Assembly (NCBI GenBank): GCA_030704615.1
Contig: CM060734.1
Coordinates: 43,586,001 to 43,650,000, forward strand
Origin: Takakia lepidozioides
Taxonomy: Eukaryota > Plantae > Bryophyta
Direction: 5' to 3'
DNA: 64,000 nt
The notes beneath the pieces were generated by a model. It saw only the letters and a list, made by a program, of their open reading frames with translations. It ran no database searches and was not told the origin of the DNA. This document shows, piece by piece, positions 35,895-45,510 of this stretch. Position 1 is the stretch's first letter; each line of letters begins with the position of its first letter. The translations under genes and the position numbers were made by a program.

Positions 35895-38800
35895 GTGTTC
35901 CCACTGGAATTGGGTTCTCTGCTTGTTCAGAAAGAGGTGTATGACGAGGATGGGAATTTGGATTCTGGACACTTGGAGAAACCATTGGTTGGCGAGTGTG
36001 GAAGGAAGTGGAGAGTCCTTCCAGGCACATACCGTGTCCTTGGAAAAGAGAGAAGACATTCAGCAGGATCAGTCATTACCCCTGGAACTGCAGCATCGGT
36101 CGTGCAGCAAAAGGGCACAGTTCAAGTGAAACAAGAGGTGAGCACATCCACTACATTCGTGACTCTTTCAGACTCGTCCTCGGAGGATGTTTCTGAGATT
36201 CCTCCGCCAGTGCAGACTCCATTCTTGGATGATGACGAAATGCAAGAGATAACGAGTGTCATTCCAAAATTGAAAGCCCTCGCAGGGGTGCCTGGGTGCA
36301 AGAGCGAGCTGCGTTTTGTTGATTGGGAGTCCCTTCGTGTGCAGCGGGTTCAATATGTGCCAGCAGAGTTTGATGGGGACATCTTGATTGAGCTCAACCC
36401 TCCCACGTCTTCCAATGGACTGGCTGGGCTTCTGCAGGGCATGGACAAGAAACATGACGGACACCCTTGGTGCAGGACAAAAACGTCGAACATCCACAAC
36501 GACATTGGATTGAAATTTCAAAGGTCGGTTTGCGTTGGGCATTGCAAGTGCCTGAATATTTCTTGCCCTCGGATGAGAAACAGCGCTCAACCAAACGAAA
36601 GTGAGTAGGAAGGTGTGCCCCTGAATCCTTTCACCCCAGGACTTGCCCCTCCCAAGACCAATACTTTTGTGTGCAGGTTCTATAAACTTTCCCCGTCCTG
36701 TGTTTCTGTGTGCCACGCTCGTATGTACCAGGTGGCACACCGATGCAAGACAATGACTCGTGCCTGCATTCATATGGGTGCACACGAGCATCTTGTGTCC
36801 AAAGGAAGTTGCAGGGATAGCGTGGACATCGCTAGAAATCTGCTGAAGCAGGAGTTCCACAATGCCCCTTGTGCAACACCTTCTGCTATAGCGCTTGCAG
36901 CTAGCAAGGCTTTCCTGGAAAAACACATACTGGGTGAAGGGGATTCGACACAACCAATGTTGGATGCAGATTCGCTTGATGCAGTGATGGACCATTTCTC
37001 CGTGTTGAGCTCTCCCAATATTCAAAACCAGGTGAATGCACTCAGAGTCGGCACAGGCACTGCTGGATTCATGGACAACATTATGGACCTCAAACGGAGA
37101 AGTCGCTATGAATTCATTCAAAACAGTATCTTCCCTTGCCAGGGCTCGTCCAAGGTATATTTGTTCAAGATGTCCGCAGTGGGCGAAGGCAGTGGTGTGA
37201 GCATTGTCCGCCGAATGCAACCTGGAGGAGATTTGGCTAAATGTTGGTTGATGTTTGATCACTGCAAACGGGTGAAGGGTTGGACAACCATGGCGTGCCA
37301 TGTGTATGATCCAGCATACCAGCGTGTGCTCTCAATAGCAATTTGTGATATGCAGTCGGAGGACACTGAATCCCAGATGCTCATGTGGAATTTGCTCCTG
37401 GCCGTCATGCAGCGCAATGGAATACAGAACACAAATTTTGCTTTCTTCATGGCTGATAGTGCACAGGCAAATTTCAATGCAGTGTGGCGCGTGTTTGGTT
37501 CAGGGGATCCTAAGGTCCCAATGGAAAATAGGGAGCGCACATGCCTCTTCCATTGGAGTCAATCTCTGGCACGTCATACAAAGCGCTGCATTCGCCCTGA
37601 CCTTCAGTTGGAGCACAGAAGGCTCTGTCTCAAATACAAAAATGCCACCTCAATGGGAGAAGCTGAGAGCACTTACCAGGCAATCCGGGCTTGGTGGTTC
37701 TCCTCTGGTGCTGCTACTGGTATCCACCTGAAGGAGTTGGAGGATTGGTTGGTTTTCTGGCATTTCAGGTACAGACAGTGGGGAGCTTTCATGACGACGG
37801 TAAGCCTCTTCAATCCCAAAAACACAAATTTTGCATCGTGCCTGTTCATTTGGGGTTCTTGGATTGTCGCTTGCAGAACCTCTTCCATTTCATTTCGTTC
37901 CTCACATTTCCATGCAATGCCTCCTACAGGACATGTCCTTGGAGGACTTGGCCGACATGCCATCTTGTAATTTGGCGGAGACTGTTCGCAACGCCTGGAT
38001 GCAGCAATCTACCAAAGCAGGTCGTGACTTGTATGTGGCCACTGCTGATGACATGGTGCGGGCACTTACACAACAAACCAGGTGCCGCAATTTTCTGATG
38101 GGACGGGGTGGAGGCAAGGGCCCCGGTACAACTTTGTTGATGCTAAGGGCTGCGAGTAGGTCCGGAGACCCATCAAAGATGGTCAGAGCTCTAAACAGGT
38201 GCACTGAAGGCTCCCCTTTGCAATCCAGGCTCCCTCATTTGGAAGGCGAGGAAAGATTTGGATCATGCAAAAGGAAATTGAACACTCTTCCAGGGTCAGA
38301 TGGAGATTCCCATCGCCCAGACAGGGTCAATTTCTCTGTGCCAAAGGTGTCTCCAGTGCAGAGTAAGTCGTGTGCCAGCCCCTTCCCAGGTGGGTCCTCC
38401 TCCAGTGGAGCAGGTGCAGAACATGCAAGCACAGCAGCAGGAATCCCATTGGAGGAGGTGGTGGCCATGGTGCAGGAATCTGATTGCATTGATAGTGAGT
38501 GGCATATAGAACGCACCCCACCAGGATCTAGAGTTGCTTGCATGGCAATTCGGACCCCTCTTTCAAGAAATGCAAATCAAAAATATGCAAAGGCTCCAGG
38601 GGGACTCCAGCTCCAACATTCACAGGGTTGTTCCAACCTTATCATAGTGGGGAGTCAAAGGACCACAAGTTCTGGTTCTGCCCAGACAATATGGCACGAT
38701 GCGTCAAGGGAACAGTTCGTCCTTCGGTGATAATGAACCCCCCCCCCCCCCCCCCCCCCCCCCCGCAATTTGGCCTATGAAACTTGGGACGTCGTTGTCA

Positions 38801-39355
38801 ACAACCGAGATAAGCATGCTGGAGGAGGGAGGGTTTTGTCTTGCACGGTCCCGGGTGGTGCCCTTGTGCACTGTCGGCACAGATGTGCCACATGCTCCGG
38901 CAATGCCTCCACCCGGTGCCGACTCCCACCCAACAAAAAAAGATGGAAAAACAGTGCGCCGTGTCGCTTCGGGTGCAGATCACGAATGCAAGATGGAATC
39001 GGCTAGAATTTTGCAGGCTCGGGTGGCTCGTATCACCGAAGTCCCTGCCCCGGGGTATGGACGGATTTACACAATGTTGTCTATTGGCTCAGTTCTTCAT
39101 GGCAAAGAATATCAGGTTACCGTGGGGAATTTCCCTACTTGCACTTGTCCGGATTTTGTAACGATGCGTGAGGGCGCTCTCGGCATGAGAGGGAAGTGGG
39201 TCCCCTGCAAGCATCAATATTACATATACCTTGTAATTATGTGTTGCGACGGTAAGAGAGACCAATTCATTCACCAAGCCACACTAGGCTACGGAGAAGT
39301 CATCACCCTTCTACAGCGGGACACCTCACGTAGGGCTCCGCCAAATTCTCTTTGA
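35895..39355 (+). mobile_element. MULE-like DDE transposase with an N-terminal GCM/WRKY-like Cys/His region and a C-terminal SWIM zinc finger
   Basis: DGHPWCRTKTSN..CVGHCKCLNISCP, MFDHCKRV, FMADSAQANFNAV..CLFHWSQSL (D..CxxH), CNLAETVRNAW (catalytic E position) and CTCPDF..CKH (SWIM). Stop at 36606-36608, intron ~37800-37930 and frameshifts. Confidence 0.8.
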
Positions 39356-39384
39356 ACACATACGAGCCATGCCCGCTTCCCACG

Positions 39385-40253
39385 TGTCGCGCTGCTTTTA
39401 CTCACCCATCCCTTCGCTATCCGAGGCGGAAACTCCAAGATAGAAGAGTTGGAAATCTCTAAGTACTCAGCCCGCGCAGAACAATCAGTCATGACCTACA
39501 GCTAGTGTATCATGGGGGTGTTTCCTATTTGTTTCCCTTTTGGCATTCAGGTTAGCTACCTTACCATTGATAATTAAGTATCAGTTTGCTTTATCAATCT
39601 ATTGGATTCCATCAACTCATCCATTCATTCCACAGCTTCACTCAGATCTCTCTACACAGTGTGATTGTATCGTATAAGTATCCGATTAGGATTTATCAGG
39701 TATCAGGCCGAAGCCATTGTGTCTCTTATCTGCTCTACTATATCACTACCGCTTTGCATATAACAAGCATCTACTAATCCTCGTTCCCCCTTCACCGCGC
39801 TCTCCATCTTGGCTTCCGATCTTCCTCTCCGCCCGATCTCCTCCCATGCATGACCCATAAGTCCTCCCCCTCAAGTGCTTCCAAGAATCCCCCCTCTCTC
39901 CGTCCTTGCTTCTCCCTTTATCTTCCTACCCGTGGCTCTAACCGTTTTCCTCACTAACCGTCGTCCGTGAACTAACATGTTCCATTTGCAGGTGTTGTTC
40001 CCCACAGTTGTTCCCTGTCCTGCTCTCCGTTCCCTATGGTCGTGACAGCTGTGTCAAGCTGTGACTGGCTGTGTGAAACTGTGACGGGCTGTGACTGGCT
40101 GTGCGACTGTGACGGCTGTGACGGGCTGTGTAACCCCCCTCTACAGTGCGCTGCTGTCACCCCTAAGGCTCCTGTTGGTCTCAGTCTGTGCAAAAATTAA
40201 GGGTACCTTACAGATCCCGTATAAGTGTCTAAGTCCCAGACAGTCCTCTAACA
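39385..40253 (-). repeat. 3' LTR
   Basis: Near-identical to 51593-52456. The PPT GAGGGGGGAAGGGGTAA abuts it on the minus strand (40254-40270). Confidence 0.96.
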
Positions 40254-40557
40254 TTACCCCTTCCCCCCTCAAAAACCGTGTCCTCACGGTTTCTGATTGC
40301 GATTAGCAAACCTTTGTGAGTGAGCACCTTTCTGACGTTGAGAGTTTCGTGGCGGACTGTGTGTATGAGCCCGAGGTCTGTCTGTGGTTGATGGAGATGG
40401 TTGATCACTACCTGGATAAGTGAGGCCCTCTGGAGGCTGATATCGAGGTAACCTTTCCGGCATAGGAGACCCCCGTCGCTTCTTCTCTGCCATCTGAATT
40501 GCATAGTCTTCTCCCATGTCAAAAGAATTCGGTGAAGAAACAGTTGTATCAGAATCC

Positions 40558-42528
40558 TCATCGCCTCTCAGGTGTTTTAATTTTCGAACTTTTTGTGGAA
40601 TCCTTTGGGCCATACAATGTTGTCCTACCATCTGGAAGTTTATATTTTAGAACTTGCTGTAACCGCTGAACAGCAAAATTGGTGTAGACACTGAGCTCCT
40701 TGTCTGTCCAGGTGAGTGGGGTACCAATTACTGGTGCAGCGTGCAAGTATTTCCATGCCACATGTCCCTTATAGAAAATATCATCAATGCCGAATTTCTG
40801 TGTTGACAAATTGTTCCAGGCCGCTTGAAACCATGAACGAATTTGAGAATCCTTTTGCATCATATTTTTTGGGTCATATAGGTACATATGAGGTGGCACC
40901 GAAGGTAATACCCAATGATCCCCACTGGAATAACTCAGAAAGCGTGCTTGCATCTTTTGTTGCTCAATGTGATAACGTACCATAAAACAAGCAGCGTAGT
41001 ATAACCCGCATCCCATGACAATACTTGCTACCTCCTTGGTCTTGGTATAAATGAGTCCATGTACAACCTGGAAAGCAATTAATTCCCTCAACATGGTACC
41101 TGCCTCGTGCCAGTACTGTGCAAAGTGATGATCCTCAATATGTCGATTGTTCGGAAGAACTTTAGTCCTTGTTGCCACTGGCAGCCAAATACGCATGATT
41201 TGGTAGTAATGTGCGAATGACTGCGGAGGACTAAATTCTTTCCAAGCCAAATCCAACATGATGGGAATTTGGTTGAAGGGCATAATCATAGCCCTACTGT
41301 ACTCCCTTGCAGCTGGAGTTTTAGGTGGGTTAAAAGCAGCATTGCCCCATACCTCAGGCTGTGGTGGCTGCGGTGTGGTTGTAGTAACAACAGGTTCAGC
41401 TACTGGTACAGTGACTTGTTGTGGTGTTGGTGGTACTGGCTCTTGTATCATTGGCATCTCCTGCACCTCCTGTGAAGACTGAAAAGCCAAAGTTCTGGCT
41501 TGTAAATAAGAAGCCATTAGCTGTTCCTGAGGGATATAGACTCTTTTGTCGATGTTTGAAGTGAGGTCCTCCACTTGAGTCTGCAGTCCATCTACATCCT
41601 CCTGTAACTCGGCTATCCTACTATAGACATTGTCTATAGTAGTTGTGGCAATGTTCTGCACTTGCAGTCTGAGCTCATTCATCTCGCTTTGGGTGAGCTT
41701 TCGTGGTGCTTTGCCCTCTACTGGCCCTTGTGCTAACCAGACCTGCATAAGGCTGTTATCCACCAAGTTGCTTGTGGTTCCCCTGAGAGTGTGCTCCTCT
41801 CTTAGCTTGTACACTTCTAACTCCTGTTGTAAAGCCTCCATGCGCTTCGCATGAGGTTCAACCAAATTCGCATAAGCAGCCAGTAGATTATTGGCTTCCC
41901 TCCAAGCCTTGTTATTGACCGCGATTTCATTTCTATTGGCCATGATGGTTTGTTGCAACTCCACGATGTGCTTCTCTTGATCAGCTTCAATTTGCCTGTA
42001 TTGCTTGAAAGTATCCTCATTGCGACAGATTGTATTCTTTATATCGACAATGAGTTTCATTTGTTCAACATTCTCTTCTTCTGCCTTCGTACATTTTTCC
42101 GCTTGACTGTTTATTTCTTTTGTAGATTGGTCAAGCATAGTTGTGAATGTAGCACATTGTATCGCCATCCTGTCATGCACTGTCTGCAACTCCGTATGTA
42201 GTGCATTCACTTCTTGCAACTTGCTTTCATGCTGCACCTGCATTTGGTATAGCTGTTGCTTATGGGCTTCGTGCAACTGGTCTTGCGCGAGGCCTGCCTC
42301 AATCAATTGTTCCTTGGCCAATTGCAAAGCCGCTTCTGTATTTCCCAAGTCCTGCTGCATCTTGAGAGTGACCTCTTCATCGACCTTGTTTGCACACTCA
42401 GTGGCTAGTCGAGCCTCAAACTCCTTCCTGAGTTCCTCTCTCAAGGCTGTCAATTGGGTAGTTGGAACATGGGATTTGACATAAGTCCCCAACAAATTAA
42501 GTGTCCTGCCTATGGAACTCATCAGCAT
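40558..42528 (-). CDS. Retrotransposon accessory ORF with a long coiled-coil region and an unknown C-terminal domain
   Basis: 656-aa ORF between INT and the PPT with a Q/E/L-rich heptad-like N-terminal half. It probably continues by frameshift to ~40284. Confidence 0.7.
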   Translation of the reverse strand: MLMSSIGRTLNLLGTYVKSHVPTTQLTALREELRKEFEARLATECANKVDEEVTLKMQQDLGNTEAALQLAKEQLIEAGLAQDQLHEAHKQQLYQMQVQHESKLQEVNALHTELQTVHDRMAIQCATFTTMLDQSTKEINSQAEKCTKAEEENVEQMKLIVDIKNTICRNEDTFKQYRQIEADQEKHIVELQQTIMANRNEIAVNNKAWREANNLLAAYANLVEPHAKRMEALQQELEVYKLREEHTLRGTTSNLVDNSLMQVWLAQGPVEGKAPRKLTQSEMNELRLQVQNIATTTIDNVYSRIAELQEDVDGLQTQVEDLTSNIDKRVYIPQEQLMASYLQARTLAFQSSQEVQEMPMIQEPVPPTPQQVTVPVAEPVVTTTTPQPPQPEVWGNAAFNPPKTPAAREYSRAMIMPFNQIPIMLDLAWKEFSPPQSFAHYYQIMRIWLPVATRTKVLPNNRHIEDHHFAQYWHEAGTMLRELIAFQVVHGLIYTKTKEVASIVMGCGLYYAACFMVRYHIEQQKMQARFLSYSSGDHWVLPSVPPHMYLYDPKNMMQKDSQIRSWFQAAWNNLSTQKFGIDDIFYKGHVAWKYLHAAPVIGTPLTWTDKELSVYTNFAVQRLQQVLKYKLPDGRTTLYGPKDSTKSSKIKTPERR

Positions 42529-42561
42529 TGCCTGTTGAGGGTCATCATGGTGAGGTTGCTG

Positions 42562-45510
42562 CTATTCCTCCTGATCCTCAACCGTGTGATGTCTCACGAA
42601 CCACTCAGGCCATTGTCCCACCGGATTTTCTTCCTGAACCACTTCATCTATCACCGGTGCTGCAGTGTCATGACCTGCTGCCTGTGGTACCTCCGACACA
42701 GGTGTGTGTATTATATGCACCTCAGGATTTTCCTTGGGCAACTGTTGCACCTCTGGAATCTTTGTCTCCTTGACCAGACCAGAATATTCATAGAGAAGGT
42801 CCCCCTTTTCCATTTCTGCCACTATCTGTTCTGTAGTTGGAATATCTAACCCTTCTCTTTCCAAATCAATTATTTCTGGTTGAGCTGCATGGACAACTTG
42901 TAACCTTGTGACAAGCCGATCAGCTGGCTGTGATGGTTGTGATACTGAAGTAACTTCCTCCTCCCTCTTTGAAGGTCCTGCTTCCAGAAATAGCATTGCT
43001 CTGTGCTGCTGTGCCCCTTCCTGCACATGAGCTTGGGAAACATTATCATGCGGAATCCGTGAAGCCAGTGGATCCGCCCCTACAGTCTTTCCCCGTCTCT
43101 GCCTCTTAGTCTCGGGTTGCCCTGCTAGTCCACCCTCACTGTGTGAAGAGGCTTGCTCTTCCATTGCAGTGGTTTCTGGCTCAAACACTCTCATCTCCTT
43201 TCTTACTTGCGCATCAAGTATGCCAGAATCAAGAATTATTTGAGCAATGATTGGGCCAGACACTATGATAGGAGACTTTGCGGTAGTACCTTGTAATCTT
43301 TTCATCTCCTCCACCAGTGCGTTGTACATTATGTCCGCCCATTCTACCTCTTGTCCCTTCAGGGCTTTGAGTATTTCTTCCGTGAAGGATCTGCTCAAAT
43401 ATTGTTGGTTCTGTTTCATGGCAATCAGAACGTTCAATACCTGGCCTACCTCCTTTAGCCCTGGGTACACAGCCTTTGTACAAGCATAACCCTGAGTTTT
43501 AAAGAAACTCCCTTCTTGGAATAAGTCCCTTATTTGCAGTCTTGCCCTGTGTTCCTCCACATGCACCTGACCTGCTGGCAATCGAAACAATTGCTGGAGG
43601 TATAGGGGAGTAATTGCTAATTCAACTCCCTTCACCGTTGTTGTTCCTGTCCTTGGCTCAAAGTTCTGCAAAAATTGTAACATGTACTGTCTATGGTGTA
43701 ATGTCCAATCTATGCTTTGCAATCCTTGCAATCTCAGCTCCTTCAGTATCTGTATCGCCTGTGGGGTAGCAATCGTTTGTTTCTGCAGAATTGTGGTGCT
43801 CTTCACCCTGATTTCCTCCATTCCTCTCACTCTCTTCATTTTAGACTCACAGAAATGTTTTGGCTGTAACAACTGCAGAAATGCCTGTAGTGCACAAAGC
43901 ATAAACGTATGGTTGCCACAGAAAGCTATGGGTAATTTCTTGTAAGCCTGCGGGGCTTGCAAGCATCGCTCAAGAGAAAAGCTCCGCTCTGTTCTTTCGT
44001 GTCGATGCCACTGCGTAAGTAATATTGCGAGCGTATAGTCTGTTAGTTCCTCCATAGTTTCCAAGCTATAGCATTGATGGTCTGTCCCGTCGAGACGCCC
44101 GTTACTCAGAACGACGCCGCCTCTTGCGCTCAATTTCCCTCCATTTTCTTGATCCTTTCTCTGGTTTTCTATTAGCTGTATCCGCTGTGACTGGATTTTA
44201 GATTTCATTTTCTTTAGTGGACTTTCCCTGCTGGATAGTCCACTAGGATCACACATGTGACAAGAATTTCGCTTTTCTGTACTTGCCGTTCGTTCCGTTT
44301 CCCTTTTTCCGTATTCATTAATGGGCCCGCCTTTCATCCCTTTTGACGGCCGTTCTTGTCCTCTTTCTTTATGACACCTGTTCTTGCACTTCCTTCTCAG
44401 CTGTGTGTCGCGCCCTGACTTCCACGTGTCTATTTTTAAACTAGTTTCCGTCTTTTCTTCCGTCAGCCATTTTCCTGAAGTTATTATGCGTCCACCTGTC
44501 ACTGAATCTATGGATCGTGTAACCCTAGTAGGCTGTGTTGAGCTGTGACAGGCTGTGTCATACTGTGGTATGTTGTGATAGGCTGTGATGCATTGTGGTA
44601 AGCTGTGATAGGCTGTGACACGTTGTGGTACGCTGTGATAGGCTGTGATGCACTGTGGTAAGCTGTGATAGGCTGTAACACGTTGTGGTAGGCTGTGATA
44701 GGTTGTGTTGCACCGTGTTGGGCTGTGATAGGCTGTGTTACGTCGTGATGTGTTGTGATAGGCTGTGCTTTGCCTTGATGGGCTGTGATAGGCTGTGTCA
44801 CGTTGTGATTGGCTGTGATAGGCTGTGGTCCGCCTTGATGGGCTGTGATAGGCTGTGTCACGCTTGTTTTGCCCGCCCTGGTCATATATGCTCGGCCTAG
44901 CGACAAGTGCTCCATACTCCGTTCGTAACACTGGTGCAGCCCGTGACTGCTCTTGCGTTTCAACATGCAAATCATGCTGCAATGGTTTGTCATGGATACC
45001 ACTGTACCCCTTCAACTTATTGGCATTGACTCTTCCCAGCATTTCTTTGTTAATGGTTTGTAACATGGCGGTGTTGTTATCATACATCTTTTGTATGACA
45101 TAAGGTCCTTTCCATGGTGATTTAAGCTTAGAAGCTTTAATCTTTCCCTTTTTCTGCAACCATAGAACCAAATCTCCTGTCTTAAAAGTTTTTAACTTGC
45201 CTTCATCAAACTGTTCCTTCCTCTTCATCTGAATTCTGGTCATATTATCAGCTGCATCAGCACGTACTTCTTCCACATGGTATAATTCATGTTTCCTGAC
45301 CTTAATGGAATCTTGCAATTCCATTCTTTTTCCCCACTCCGTTCTCATGGTAGGTAACAGGAATTCCACTGGAAGTAAGGCTTCCATACCATAAACTAAT
45401 TGGAATGGTGTATACTTAGTGGTGACTTTATAGGAAGTCATGTATGACCACAAAGCTGTCAGCAGCTTTGTATCCCAATCCGTTCTGTTTGCATTGACTA
45501 TCTTAGCCAA
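42562..45510 (-). CDS. Integrase C-terminus read through a 10-aa repeat tract into an accessory domain
   Basis: DWDTKL..TPFQLVYG..PWKGPY (INT end), then TAYHS repeats, then LQFLQNF..VKGVELAITP..FRLP..VEWADI. Confidence 0.7.
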   Translation of the reverse strand: MAKIVNANRTDWDTKLLTALWSYMTSYKVTTKYTPFQLVYGMEALLPVEFLLPTMRTEWGKRMELQDSIKVRKHELYHVEEVRADAADNMTRIQMKRKEQFDEGKLKTFKTGDLVLWLQKKGKIKASKLKSPWKGPYVIQKMYDNNTAMLQTINKEMLGRVNANKLKGYSGIHDKPLQHDLHVETQEQSRAAPVLRTEYGALVARPSIYDQGGQNKRDTAYHSPSRRTTAYHSQSQRDTAYHSPSRQSTAYHNTSRRNTAYHSPTRCNTTYHSLPQRVTAYHSLPQCITAYHSVPQRVTAYHSLPQCITAYHNIPQYDTACHSSTQPTRVTRSIDSVTGGRIITSGKWLTEEKTETSLKIDTWKSGRDTQLRRKCKNRCHKERGQERPSKGMKGGPINEYGKRETERTASTEKRNSCHMCDPSGLSSRESPLKKMKSKIQSQRIQLIENQRKDQENGGKLSARGGVVLSNGRLDGTDHQCYSLETMEELTDYTLAILLTQWHRHERTERSFSLERCLQAPQAYKKLPIAFCGNHTFMLCALQAFLQLLQPKHFCESKMKRVRGMEEIRVKSTTILQKQTIATPQAIQILKELRLQGLQSIDWTLHHRQYMLQFLQNFEPRTGTTTVKGVELAITPLYLQQLFRLPAGQVHVEEHRARLQIRDLFQEGSFFKTQGYACTKAVYPGLKEVGQVLNVLIAMKQNQQYLSRSFTEEILKALKGQEVEWADIMYNALVEEMKRLQGTTAKSPIIVSGPIIAQIILDSGILDAQVRKEMRVFEPETTAMEEQASSHSEGGLAGQPETKRQRRGKTVGADPLASRIPHDNVSQAHVQEGAQQHRAMLFLEAGPSKREEEVTSVSQPSQPADRLVTRLQVVHAAQPEIIDLEREGLDIPTTEQIVAEMEKGDLLYEYSGLVKETKIPEVQQLPKENPEVHIIHTPVSEVPQAAGHDTAAPVIDEVVQEENPVGQWPEWFVRHHTVEDQEE
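44531..44862. repeat. 30-bp minisatellite, about 11 units
   Basis: gctgtgataggctgtg core recurring every 30 nt. Confidence 0.92.

Noticed and set aside
40558-42528. Retroviral env gene
   Set aside because: No clear signal peptide or transmembrane anchor is visible, so it is left as an accessory ORF.
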